Positions 28,661-38,480 are shown, counted from the stretch's first letter. The stretch is 64,000 bases of DNA from Saccharolobus solfataricus P2 (GCF_000007005.1 NC_002754.1); one strand, 5' to 3'. Notes: generated by a model not told the origin, from the sequence alone. Translations and numbers: made by a program.

Positions 28661-29461
28661 GGGAATTTTATAAGCTAGACCTTCCGCTATTTCCTCCTTT
28701 AAAATCCTTTTGAACTTATAATCGTAATATAGTTCAAGCTTAAATCTAGGATGCAAAGTATCCCCCATAACTACCCTATCACCAGAAACCTTTCCGTTAA
28801 TTATCCTAAAATCAAGACTTTCCCCTTCCCTAATTACCAAAACTTCATTTTCATAAGGCAAAACATTCATAGAAACTAGAGAAGGAATTAGATAATAACT
28901 ACTTGGTAATGTTAAATTTAATAAAACCTCCTTATTAGATGATATTATTTTACTAACGACATTTGCATCAGTAAATATATTCCTTTTCCTGTTATGCGAC
29001 TTAATTTTACCGTTTTCGAATTCTATAACAATATCTTCCTCTTCTCTTGAGGCTACATGATCCTCTAACTCTTGAAAACTCCTATATGCCATAAAAGTAA
29101 ACCTTACGACTCCCTTCATTATTAAAGCCTTAGGAGGTATAGTAGAATTATCGATAAATTTAACCTTCGTCTCTTTACTAATTGGAATTGCATAATATGG
29201 ATAATATGCGAAATCGTCTTCCTTAATGCCTAAAGTTTTTGACGCATTCTTTACAAATAGGGTTCTATCAAATTTGTAATCTTCGTATATATTCTTGACT
29301 TTAGACTCCAGACTCTTCACTACGTTAGAAATTATCTCATTTTCAAAATATGCATGAATAGCAAAAACTAAACTTAACTTGCTTGCATATTCTTTCGTTA
29401 ATTCTAAAATTTTTGTAAGATTATCGTATTTTGATAGAAGTTTAAGTGAATCCATCATCAA
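28655..29461 (-). CDS. Hypothetical protein
   Basis: 268-aa ORF; no motif recognised. Confidence 0.6.
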   Translation of the reverse strand: MMMDSLKLLSKYDNLTKILELTKEYASKLSLVFAIHAYFENEIISNVVKSLESKVKNIYEDYKFDRTLFVKNASKTLGIKEDDFAYYPYYAIPISKETKVKFIDNSTIPPKALIMKGVVRFTFMAYRSFQELEDHVASREEEDIVIEFENGKIKSHNRKRNIFTDANVVSKIISSNKEVLLNLTLPSSYYLIPSLVSMNVLPYENEVLVIREGESLDFRIINGKVSGDRVVMGDTLHPRFKLELYYDYKFKRILKEEIAEGLAYKIPL

Positions 29462-29575
29462 TACTACTTTCTATAACCTAAAATACTTAACGAGACTCAG
29501 AAAACGTTAAAATCTTTGAGAAAAGGTAATTTTCGAAAACCTAGACCTTTCTACAATACTTAGTTAAAAAAAATG

Positions 29576-29625
29576 ATGATGAGCGCGCCCTTATCGGATC
29601 ATGTGAAGAATACCACCGGCACTGA
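29576..29625 (+). ncRNA. C/D box guide sRNA, antisense-overlapping the 3' end of segC
   Basis: C ATGATGA 29576-82, guide GCGCGCCCTTAT, D' CGGA, C' GTGAAGA 29603-09, guide ATACCACCGGCA, D CTGA 29622-25. Confidence 0.75.
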
Positions 29626-30088
29626 TTCTTTCCAGAATTTCTTTTCTAGCAATTAATCTTATCTTATTAACGTCCCAAATTTTCTCTATGATTTCCATAC
29701 TTTTTTTCTTAAAATTTTTACTTACGAATATTCTACTCTCTAGACCCTTAGACTCTAGTAAGTCTTCTGGATCATAACCTTTGTTACTAATTCTTAAAAT
29801 TATTTTACCTCCATCACAATTAATACAAACTCCATCAATTCCGTATCTCGAAATTGGATATAATTTATGCCTAGGTGAATAGACTTTACCAGAAGGCATT
29901 ACGTTATAAACAGCATCTAATCCCATCCTTAAGAATGCCGCACATAAATTCTTACCAATTATTGGAAGATCCTCATAAAGGAACGCTATGTAGGCTGAAG
30001 CTATCTCTAAGTCATCTACACCTCTTCCCAATAGTATTTTTTTAAATTCATCAGAATAAATTATTGCACTATAGAGCTTCTCAAACAT
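29591..30088 (-). CDS. segC: Chromosome segregation accessory protein SegC (SSO0033)
   Basis: 165-aa ORF divergent from segAB; length and position match the described SegC. Confidence 0.8.
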   Translation of the reverse strand: MFEKLYSAIIYSDEFKKILLGRGVDDLEIASAYIAFLYEDLPIIGKNLCAAFLRMGLDAVYNVMPSGKVYSPRHKLYPISRYGIDGVCINCDGGKIILRISNKGYDPEDLLESKGLESRIFVSKNFKKKSMEIIEKIWDVNKIRLIARKEILERISAGGILHMIR

Positions 30089-30138
30089 ACTTATACTTTT
30101 TAAAAATCTAGCATATAAATATTATCATTATAATATGG

Positions 30139-30150
30139 TGGACTCGTCAG
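30139..30150. promoter_or_regulatory. Probable SegB binding site 2
   Basis: TGGACTCGTCAG matches the reverse complement of site 1 (TAGACTCTTCTA) at 8/12 and lies about 60 bp upstream of segA. Confidence 0.55.
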
Positions 30151-30186
30151 TATTATCATGTAGAATTCCTTATTAAACGTTATAGA

Positions 30187-30201
30187 TAGAAGAGTCTAGA
30201 C
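30187..30201. promoter_or_regulatory. SegB centromere-like binding site 1
   Basis: TAGA-AGAG-TCTA imperfect palindrome immediately before the segA ATG. Confidence 0.75.
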
Positions 30202-30864
30202 ATGATAGTCACAGTAATAAATCAGAAAGGAGGAGTAGGCAAAACAACGACTTCAGTAAATTTATCTTACTATTTAAGCAAGGAAAAGAAGACAGGATTG
30301 CTCGATTTGGACCCGGAAGGAGGAGCGACCATATCTTATGGAATGAAAAGAGAACTTAAAGAGCTCCCATTAGGCGAAAAAAGTGTAAATATCTTTAATG
30401 TGGAAGTGTTTCCAGCACACATTGGACTGTTAAAGTTAGAATTGAATGGAGATGTAGAAGAAATTAGTAACAAAATTAAGGAAATAGGGAAACAGTTCGA
30501 TTTCCTCGTTATAGATACTCCACCAAATCTGGGTACGTTAGCAATATCAGCAATGTTGGTTGCTGACAGAATAGTTTCACCGGTAACACCACAACCCTTA
30601 GCACTAGAGGCAATAAAGAATCTCGACTCTAGATTAAAGAGTATAGGGAAGAACGCTTATTCTTTTACAAATTTTTCAAAAAAGGTAGTTAAGCTAGATA
30701 ATCTATCATCAGTAAAATTCACAGAAATTACAATACCACCCTCTAGATTATTCATTGAAGCTTCTAGACTAGGAGTTCCAGCGTTAAGATATGAGGAAGT
30801 TAGAATAAAGAAACCTAAGCTAGCTAACTATTATCAGCAATTAGCAAAGGTGATTAGTGAATGA
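30202..30864 (+). CDS. segA: ParA-family chromosome segregation ATPase SegA (SSO0034)
   Basis: Deviant Walker A KGGVGKT, DLDPEG and IDTPP. Confidence 0.92.
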   Translation: MIVTVINQKGGVGKTTTSVNLSYYLSKEKKTGLLDLDPEGGATISYGMKRELKELPLGEKSVNIFNVEVFPAHIGLLKLELNGDVEEISNKIKEIGKQFDFLVIDTPPNLGTLAISAMLVADRIVSPVTPQPLALEAIKNLDSRLKSIGKNAYSFTNFSKKVVKLDNLSSVKFTEITIPPSRLFIEASRLGVPALRYEEVRIKKPKLANYYQQLAKVISE

Positions 30865-31190
30865 GTGAATTAGATTTCCTATTGAAGAAGAAAAGAAAAA
30901 GTGAGGACGAAGAGAAAATCATTAATAATAACGAGAATGCAAAAAAAGAGGAAATTACAAATGAAGAGGAAAAAATTAAGAACGATATGTTGAAGTATAT
31001 TGAGAAAGATCCAAAAATAGGTGTATGGAGTTATCCCGCATTTTTAGTTCTTCAATACCTCTATCATACAGTTCCGGGATTTAAAATGAGTAGAACAGCC
31101 AAGGAAGCGTTAGAAAAGGGATTGAAAGAAATGTACCCTACACTATTTACCATTGCAGAAAAAATTGCAAAAGAGAGATTTAAAGAGTAA
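30861..31190 (+). CDS. segB: Centromere-binding protein SegB (SSO0035)
   Basis: 109 aa, overlaps segA (ATGA-type); C-terminal RHH-like IGVWSYPAFLVLQYL...MSRTAKEALE. Confidence 0.88.
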   Translation: MSELDFLLKKKRKSEDEEKIINNNENAKKEEITNEEEKIKNDMLKYIEKDPKIGVWSYPAFLVLQYLYHTVPGFKMSRTAKEALEKGLKEMYPTLFTIAEKIAKERFKE

Positions 31191-31266
31191 TATCTGGTAA
31201 TATTTCTAGGAAGTATTACTAATCAGGTTTAAATGCTAGAGATTATATTTATCTGTAACTGTTAAG

Positions 31267-31734
31267 GTGATTAGAATGGACATATGTGTAAAGGCTAGAA
31301 ACGATGAAGAAGCTACAAGGGCTCTACAATTAAATTACAATTGTGTTGTGTACAGTAGACCTTTAAATAATATATTAACATTTATACCAGATCAATATAT
31401 ATCTGATATAAATATTAATAATGAACGTACCGTTGTAATCACAGATAGTTTAGAATTAATTAATACACTAAAAAGTAGAAATCTCAAAATTGCGTATAGA
31501 GTTAATAAGCCTTATATGAATATTTTGATATATGATTATTTTGTACTAGAGTTTATACCAAAAAATATTAGAGATCTGAGATTCTACAAAGGTAAAGTTT
31601 ATATAGATAATATCGATAATTTAGATATATATAGTAAATTGGAAAACTTAAAGATATCAGGAGTATTCACCAATAACTTAGATTTTATAGTAAATCTCAA
31701 AAAATTAGGATTATATAAAAATAGGATTATATAA
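31267..31734 (+). CDS. Hypothetical protein, weak glycerophosphodiesterase-like C-terminus
   Basis: Ends in ISGVFTNNL, which resembles the GDPD terminal motif; no catalytic His motifs seen. Confidence 0.45.
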   Translation: MIRMDICVKARNDEEATRALQLNYNCVVYSRPLNNILTFIPDQYISDININNERTVVITDSLELINTLKSRNLKIAYRVNKPYMNILIYDYFVLEFIPKNIRDLRFYKGKVYIDNIDNLDIYSKLENLKISGVFTNNLDFIVNLKKLGLYKNRII

Positions 31735-31736
31735 AA
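31706..31736 (+). repeat. 15-bp tandem duplication TAGGATTATATAAAA spanning the stop codon
   Basis: Copies at 31706-31720 and 31722-31736. Confidence 0.85.
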
Positions 31737-32274
31737 GGGAGATTTTAAGTCTAGAGAGTGTCACTCTTGACTGAAGAAAGACGAGTATAGAGCGAGGAGT
31801 TAGCGGACTTTAAAACCGCGTTGAGTTACAAAAATATATGCATAGATAGCGTTTAGGCATTGAGGAGGCCAAAATTTTGAGGTTACCATGAGTAATACCT
31901 TATAATACTAAATCTAATTATACCACTTTCCATTTTAGGGAATACTACCAGTACTAGCGTTAAATAGTAATCGGAAAATTTGCTAAATATAATATCACGT
32001 AGTCACCCTATAGAATTGCTTCTCTATGAAATTAGTAACAATGAACGGTGACTAGAGGATCTAGAATATGTGAAAATTTTATATTAGTAGAGTTAAATTA
32101 TTACTTAGGAATGCACAGTTTATCATAGTTAATAAAAAAGCTATATAGTAATAATTATGTCTACGATGCTAAAAGATCTAATATACCATGAAAGAGATAA
32201 GATAAAAAATCATACTAAGTCAACGATCGATAGTTTCAACATAGACTCTCTTCTCTTAAACGTGAATTTTTAAC

Positions 32275-34002
32275 ATGAAAAAGGGAATATCATCAATCCT
32301 AGGTGCAATTATATTAATACAAATAGTAGTATCCTCTGTGGGATTAATTCTTTACTTAACTTCATTAAACGCTAAAATGTCTAACATAGCATACTCACAA
32401 ATATATGAAGAACTTCAAAACGCACCTATATCTGTAATTCCCACTTACCAAGGACCAATGATAATCTCAACCAGCTCATCTCACATGGCAATAACATATA
32501 TAATATATCCTAATGGGAAAATAATTCACACAAACATTCCACTAACACAGAACGGAGTATATATAAATTTCGATAATAATCCTTGGAGCGTAATAGTACT
32601 TAATGATGGAAATTGGTATAACATCTCTGCAAATGATAGACTAGTAAGTCCTAATACTACAGCACTAGGAGGGATTAGATTATATGAACCATACAGTTAC
32701 ACAATAAATCAAGGGAAAATTAACTTAAGCTATCTAGCTACCCCACCTATATATGGTAAAAATCTAGATCCTGCAAATTGGAACCTATTATCAGAAAGTC
32801 CAGCTTCATATACACCTTATGGAATTCAAAATTCACTAATACTTATTCCAGAAAATGGTTCAATTCCAATTATAGCAAATTTGTCCTCTGGATTGCAATA
32901 CTTTGATATAGCAATCCCTTATAATAATCGTGTTTTTGTAGGTGTAGCAGCTGGGGCTACACCCGGAATATGGTATACTACGAACTCACCCCAATTCTCC
33001 TATTATCTGCCCTTAGAGTTTAGTGTGTCATACCAAGCGGATTACATAGTACCAGTTTATAACGCAACGTTTGAATATTCCACGTGGATAGATGGTGCCA
33101 GATATTATGTAACTCTAAGTTACGTGACATATAATATGATATACTTCATGAAACAAAATAATTATACAATAAAAACTCGAAATGGTGAAATACAACTGCT
33201 AAGCTATAAGTTTATAGGCTATCTTATGGCATCTAAAATAGACTACGGCTCTGTTGAGTTTGGTATATGGAGCTTTCCCACTGGTACATCAATAACTGAT
33301 ATACCAATTCCAGGCTATAACAACTATACATTATATTCTGGAGTAATGATAAACGCTTCGTATACCGCATTTAATGAGTCTGGTGTAGTTCCACCCTCAG
33401 CTCTTATACTACCATTACAAGGAGGTAATGGATATCTGAATAGCACAAATATAACTGAAGAGAGTTTAGTAAATGTTGAAATGATGATAAGTGGTGGCAA
33501 CTTAGACTATAATTCTAACGGTACCCCGATACCTAATGTCATGAATTATACTTACTTCTGGTATTTCATAAATCCTCAAATAAAAAAATCCAATAGCGTT
33601 AACCTACTTATCTCCATTACACCTAATTCACAAGTAACTGTAGCTCTAAGAGATAGTGGAGGGTTTATATATCCAGACTATTCTTATATTGCGTACTCTT
33701 TAGCCGAAAAATACTCAGTTACACACAATTATGTGGGATTAAACGGAGGGCCTCCACTTACCGTGATTATAGACGACGTGTCTGGAACATTAATTAATGG
33801 CAGTAATCAAGGATATTTACCATTAGGTTATCCGGTAGTAAACGCTAATTATAAATATACGATAATCCCAGGTGACTATGTACAATACACTGAGACTGCT
33901 ACATATCAATACTTCAAAACTATTAACTTACAAATCAACTATAATTTACCATTTATAATAATAGTCCCAGAGGATGTCTACTATCCTTACTTTGCTGTGT
34001 AA
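32275..34002 (+). CDS. Large secreted protein with class III (type IV pilin-like) signal peptide
   Basis: MKKG|ISSILGAIILIQIVVSSVGLILY matches the PibD cleavage motif; the body is rich in N/Y/T/S with many N-glycosylation sequons. Confidence 0.75.
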   Translation: MKKGISSILGAIILIQIVVSSVGLILYLTSLNAKMSNIAYSQIYEELQNAPISVIPTYQGPMIISTSSSHMAITYIIYPNGKIIHTNIPLTQNGVYINFDNNPWSVIVLNDGNWYNISANDRLVSPNTTALGGIRLYEPYSYTINQGKINLSYLATPPIYGKNLDPANWNLLSESPASYTPYGIQNSLILIPENGSIPIIANLSSGLQYFDIAIPYNNRVFVGVAAGATPGIWYTTNSPQFSYYLPLEFSVSYQADYIVPVYNATFEYSTWIDGARYYVTLSYVTYNMIYFMKQNNYTIKTRNGEIQLLSYKFIGYLMASKIDYGSVEFGIWSFPTGTSITDIPIPGYNNYTLYSGVMINASYTAFNESGVVPPSALILPLQGGNGYLNSTNITEESLVNVEMMISGGNLDYNSNGTPIPNVMNYTYFWYFINPQIKKSNSVNLLISITPNSQVTVALRDSGGFIYPDYSYIAYSLAEKYSVTHNYVGLNGGPPLTVIIDDVSGTLINGSNQGYLPLGYPVVNANYKYTIIPGDYVQYTETATYQYFKTINLQINYNLPFIIIVPEDVYYPYFAV

Positions 34003-34255
34003 GCTGTTTAAGATAAACCGTAAAGTTTATACATTTTCATGATAATTTTTTACAGTAAAGTACTAGCAAATGGGGTAAATATCCCGACGAGCTAGCGGTG
34101 AAAAATGCTAAAGATGTGCGGGTGTTCTATATAGGTTTGTCCGTAACTTCGGTAAAGCCTAAGAACAGAGGATTAATGTTAACAATCATGAAATCCTATG
34201 AAGCCCAAACTCCTAACAGAATTAATTATTAATTTTTTGTTGTAATATTTTACAT

Positions 34256-34702
34256 GTGATCTCAAAGTTTAGCTTTCAAAGGCTTAAGAAGGGCGCCCTA
34301 AAATACTTGGTATTAGAGTCCTTAAATGAGAGGCCAATGAGAACGTATGAAATCATCAAGACTATAGAGAAGAAATTCGAAGGTTCTTATAGACCTAGCA
34401 CAGGGTCAGTATACCCAGTTCTAAAAAGCCTTGTAGAAAAAAACTTAGTAGAAGTGAAAGTCGAAAATAATAAGAAAATTTACATTATAACAGAGAAGGG
34501 GAAAAATGAGCTGCAGGAAATCAAGAATAAATCACTTAAACTTCTAGGTGATAATACGAAATTCTCAAGACAAATATTACAAGAATTATTACAAATCGCA
34601 TTTTACTTATATGATAATAGATCAAAAATAGATGAAAATAATATACAAAAGATCATAGAATACTTAAGGAATTGTAGAAACCAATTAAAGAATGTCTTGT
34701 GA
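34256..34702 (+). CDS. PadR-family transcriptional regulator
   Basis: LVLESL..RPM..YEI, PSTGSVYPVL and YIITEKGK. Confidence 0.9.
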   Translation: MISKFSFQRLKKGALKYLVLESLNERPMRTYEIIKTIEKKFEGSYRPSTGSVYPVLKSLVEKNLVEVKVENNKKIYIITEKGKNELQEIKNKSLKLLGDNTKFSRQILQELLQIAFYLYDNRSKIDENNIQKIIEYLRNCRNQLKNVL

Positions 34703-35257
34703 AATATATTTGAGTAATTCTAGAGATTTATTTACAACAGTGACTGGATCTCGATCTAGAATGAAGAGTGAAGGCTCTTTACCATAATCACCTAAATCCA
34801 CAATATAATTAGGAACCTTAGACAACTTACGAATACACGAATCAACCATAAAGTTCATAGTACTATGCTCCCTATATTTTACCTCTTTAGGCTCCGAAGA
34901 CCTATCGAATATACAAAGATCTTGAGACGGTAATTTCTCAATAACTTCTCTATAATACTTTAAGTTTATTGCACTTCTTATATTTCTATCATGCTTCATT
35001 ACAGTTAAAATCACCCTTGCCACATGATCAGATGCTCCAAACGCTGGCAGCATACAGTATATTACTTTTTTAAATGCTGTAGTTAACCTGCCTGGAATTG
35101 CTGCAACATCATTAGCATCGGCTGCATTAGATACTGCATATCCAATATTAGTTCTAACTTCTGGAATAAGTAGATAAGCCCTTTCATTAGATACAAAAAT
35201 ATCTACTGCCTCCTTAAGTCTTTTTAAAACATATTCTCTTTCACTTTCATCTTGCAT
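34685..35257 (-). CDS. thiN: Stand-alone ThiN-type thiamine-phosphate synthase
   Basis: PEVRTNIGYA, IPGRL, FGASDHVAR, RSAINLKY and DLGDYGKEP. Confidence 0.82.
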   Translation of the reverse strand: MQDESEREYVLKRLKEAVDIFVSNERAYLLIPEVRTNIGYAVSNAADANDVAAIPGRLTTAFKKVIYCMLPAFGASDHVARVILTVMKHDRNIRSAINLKYYREVIEKLPSQDLCIFDRSSEPKEVKYREHSTMNFMVDSCIRKLSKVPNYIVDLGDYGKEPSLFILDRDPVTVVNKSLELLKYISQDIL

Positions 35258-35369
35258 AGAAAATAAATAGTATCTTGGCTTATAATATTTTCAACGATCA
35301 TAGACATAGTTATACTTCGTCAGACTTTAAAGAGCAAGATTTATATTTCATGAGTAATACTAAATTGTT

Positions 35370-35828
35370 ATGCCGAAATCCAGAATGCACGGTATAAGGC
35401 TCAACAAGAAACAAGAGGAAGAGAGGAGGATTAACGCTGTAAAAGATGTGAGGAACGGGATGAGTATAAAGGACGTTGCCAAGAAGTATGACGTCTCCAT
35501 CTTTACCGTGTACAAGTGGTTGAGGAAAGGTGACCTGAGCGCTAAGCCGAGGAAGGGACCCACGAAACTGAAGGACGAGGAAAAGCTCGTCCGAATCTTA
35601 GAAAAGAGCCCAAGAGATTTCGGCTTGAACTACGATTTCTGGACCTTGAAGCTCATAGCGTATATACTTGACAAGGAATTTGGGATAAAGTACAACCCGA
35701 GGAGTTTAAGCCCAGTCCTCAAGAAATTAGGCTTCAAGTACAAGAAAGGAAAGAGAACTTACGTTAGAGACGATAACGCTGTAGAAAGGTGGGTGAAGGA
35801 ACAAGGGGAGAAGCTTTTAAAAAAATAA
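35370..35828 (+). CDS. IS630 transposase OrfA (HTH part)
   Basis: HTH (SIKDVAKKYDVSIFTVYKW) and winged HTH WTLKLIA; ends at TTA AAA AAA TAA. Confidence 0.9.
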   Translation: MPKSRMHGIRLNKKQEEERRINAVKDVRNGMSIKDVAKKYDVSIFTVYKWLRKGDLSAKPRKGPTKLKDEEKLVRILEKSPRDFGLNYDFWTLKLIAYILDKEFGIKYNPRSLSPVLKKLGFKYKKGKRTYVRDDNAVERWVKEQGEKLLKK

Positions 35829-36382
35829 GAGAAGGGTACAAGGTACACATCTTCGATGAGTCGTACGTGTCCTACATAAACAAGGGTAAAGGCTGGATGA
35901 AGGTCGGAGGAGGGATAAAGGTCAACCCTAAGAGGAAGAGGTTTGCAGTAGTAGGCGGGATAACGATTAGTAAAGAGGGAATAACTTTCTCCTATTCGAC
36001 ATACAAGAAGCCCTCGCTGAACTCAAAAGATATTATACTCTACTTGAGGAAGGTAATAAAGGACGAGAAGACCGTGATAGTGATGGATAATGCTAGAATA
36101 CACGGTAATGAAGTGAGGGAATTCCTTGAGGAAAATGGGGTGGAGTTTGTTTATCTGCCGCCTTACTCTCCGGATAAGAGTCCGGCGGAGGGGCCGTGGG
36201 CAGTCCTCAAGAAAAGGCTCTACTCGAAGATTTACACGGACTTCGAGACCTTAATGTGGGATGCAACGAGGTTCCTACGCTCCATATCCAAGAGAGTAAA
36301 TGACCTTACGTATAGTGTGAAGAGGTGCGGTGAACCTTGGACGTCAATACTGAGTGAAGTTTTCTTGCCCTTTAAAGTCTGA
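35789..36382 (+). CDS. IS630 transposase OrfB (DDE part, -1 frame)
   Basis: FDES, MDNARIH and LPPYSPDKSPAE; the stop codon lies inside the right IR. Confidence 0.9.
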   Translation: MGEGTRGEAFKKIREGYKVHIFDESYVSYINKGKGWMKVGGGIKVNPKRKRFAVVGGITISKEGITFSYSTYKKPSLNSKDIILYLRKVIKDEKTVIVMDNARIHGNEVREFLEENGVEFVYLPPYSPDKSPAEGPWAVLKKRLYSKIYTDFETLMWDATRFLRSISKRVNDLTYSVKRCGEPWTSILSEVFLPFKV

Positions 36383-36666
36383 CGAAGTATAATAGTTTCC
36401 TTAAGTCCACGAAAGTTATCTACTCTGTTTGTAATCATATTTAACACATCGTTAAATGTAAATCCCGAATATGTGGCGAAAAACGCAAGACGTGAGAGTG
36501 TCCGGAATGTAATTATCTGAACGAATAGATAAACAGAATGATAAATATTAATATTGCCAGAAGGGTAGGACCTGGATCACCGAGAAAAACTTTATAATGG
36601 AAAAATATCAAGACGAGAGGATTTACCTATCGCGCATAGCGTTGTCTGATCGCGAGGAGGTGCGTC

Positions 36667-37811
36667 TCAGAGCTGAACGGCTCTACGTTCTGGAGGAGTC
36701 CTCCGTTGGATCGCGAGGAATATCTTGATGTTGTAGATCACTCCCAGGACGTGAAGGAAGACGTCGTTCCTCCAGGTCGTGGTCCCGTAGGGCCTCCAGA
36801 ACGCGTTCAGGTAGGTGCCGAAGAACTCCACGTGGGCCCTCAGGGTAGTGAAGGGCTTCTCCCGCGCTATGAGCTGTGTCGGGGAGGGAGAGAATCCCCT
36901 GTCCGCGATCTTAATCCCCTTGAGCGGTGACTTGAACCTCTTGTCCGAGAAGTTGGCTGGCTTCACCGTGATGGACCTCATGAAGAGGGAGACGGAGATC
37001 ACGGCCACGGCCTTAAGCCCGTAGTGCGAGACCCCTCTCTTCTTGGTCCACCTTCCCTCGAACCTCCTCTTGGTTCTCCCCAGGGAGAGCAGCTTCCCGG
37101 CCCTCTCCAAGTTACCTTCCCTCCTCTCCAGCTCCGCCTTCTCCCGAAAGGTCTCCACGCTCCTCTTCCCAGGAGGTAAGTCCAGTAGGAAGGAGTCCAC
37201 TAGCCACGCCATGAAGTCCACGAGATGCGCGCTCGCAGGGAGGTAACTGGGTAGGCACTTCTCCTCAAGCTTGAAGGAAATCTCCAACAACTTCTTCCTC
37301 ACCCCGTACAACCTGCCCACGAAGTCGTGCAGCGTTACTACTTCCAGTAAGTCTATAGTCTAGTATTATTTTATAAAATATTATTGAAAATAATTCCATT
37401 GTATTGGCCTTAATGAATACATAAAGCTTATCAACTTGATTAATTGATTCCTTGTTATCACTATTTATAAGAAACTTATTAATGAATTATAAAGTATAAC
37501 AAATTTCTGGAAACAGTAGTGCTCTTCCCCACCTTCCTCCCCACGAACCAGGCCACGACCACGTTCACGTTGACCATTTTCACCGCGTCCCTATAGGAGC
37601 AGGAGTAGAGCACCATGACGATTAACAACTTCAGGTAAACCAGCGCGCCCTCGCCCAGAACCCTCTCCAAATCCATGGCGTCCAGCACGGGCTTGATCTC
37701 CGTTAACCATTTTTCCCTCCACGGCATATCCTCTATTGGGGGAAGAGGGTAGTACATCAAGTTTGGTATGTGTCTTAATGTTCTTGCCATGGTACTACCC
37801 TCTACTCCCAT
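36667..37811 (-). pseudogene. IS5-family transposase disrupted by MITE insertion
   Basis: Removing the insert restores ...KVGKSTLHDFVGRLY...; VDS, HYGLK, ADRGF and R-x-x-VE DDE motifs. Confidence 0.88.
37336..37518. mobile_element. 183-bp AT-rich MITE (length fits the Sulfolobus SM2 class)
   Basis: Imperfect IRs TACTACTTCCAG / CTGGAAACAGTA (10/12), 2-bp GT duplication, abrupt drop in GC, no ORF. Confidence 0.82.
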
Positions 37812-38480
37812 AACTTAAGTGTTACTCCAATTTAATCCAAGATAATGCTAAAAATCAATTTATTCTTGTCAATAAAAATTCAATTTTTTACATTCCGGAC
37901 ACTCTCACGTGCATTTTCTAAACATCACTTCATGTGTATTGACTGGTTCTTACCTAGAGATTGGAGAGGGGAAAGTTATTATTTCCAGATAAATTTTTGA
38001 ATAATCCTTCCTTTTCAATGTTTTTAATGAAAAAACTTTTACAGAATCATTTGCGTTTTCTCGTAACTTGGTGAAACCTAAATCAAAGGGTTATATCAAA
38101 AATTATTATATTATTATATTATAAATAATATTAAAAACCTAAGTGAGGACAAGCTCTTTTTACTTACCACCTACATTGTAAAATAACTTCTCTCCTTAAG
38201 GACCATTAATTCCTACCTTATAACTTCGAGAAGCAGTCCCTATCTTTCTATTTATCCGATTTCTTTCTCATGTTAAAGGAGAAGATTTCTGGCCATATCA
38301 TTTTAAGAGATTAACATTTATCTTTAAGGTATTAGCGTAAGTTGCCTCTTTTTTCATATAATATAGACTAAACTAAATAAACCTAATAAACTGAAAGAGT
38401 TACAAACCTTGTTAAAATAACCCTATAAAGAGTTTATAAGAAAAATATTTAAGTTAACAAGAAGCTTTTAATAGTTAGAG

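Larger units (their letters stand above)
35313..36389 (+). mobile_element. IS630-family element (size fits ISC1078)
   Basis: Perfect 20-bp terminal IRs TACTTCGTCAGACTTTAAAG / CTTTAAAGTCTGACGAAGTA, flanked by a TA duplication (35311-12, 36390-91); 1077 bp. Confidence 0.93.
36494..37906 (-). mobile_element. IS5-family element (ISC1234-like) interrupted by a MITE
   Basis: Perfect 19-bp IRs GAGAGTGTCCGGAATGTAA / TTACATTCCGGACACTCTC with a 4-bp ACGT target duplication; 1228 bp once the MITE is removed. The ISC name is inferred from size only. Confidence 0.85.

Noticed and set aside
31735-32274. Replication origin next to segAB
   Set aside because: No ORB repeats and no adjacent cdc6 or whiP gene.
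34069-34233. Near-ORF (M)GKYPDELAVKNAKDVRVFYIG... that needs one G removed after ATG
   Set aside because: No recognisable family; insufficient support even for a pseudogene call.
36706-37246. Plus-strand ORFs inside the IS5 element
   Set aside because: They are a by-product of high GC, antisense to the transposase.
37911-38480. Long AT-rich region upstream of doxB
   Set aside because: Consistent with a promoter region plus eroded sequence; no supportable ORF or repeat.
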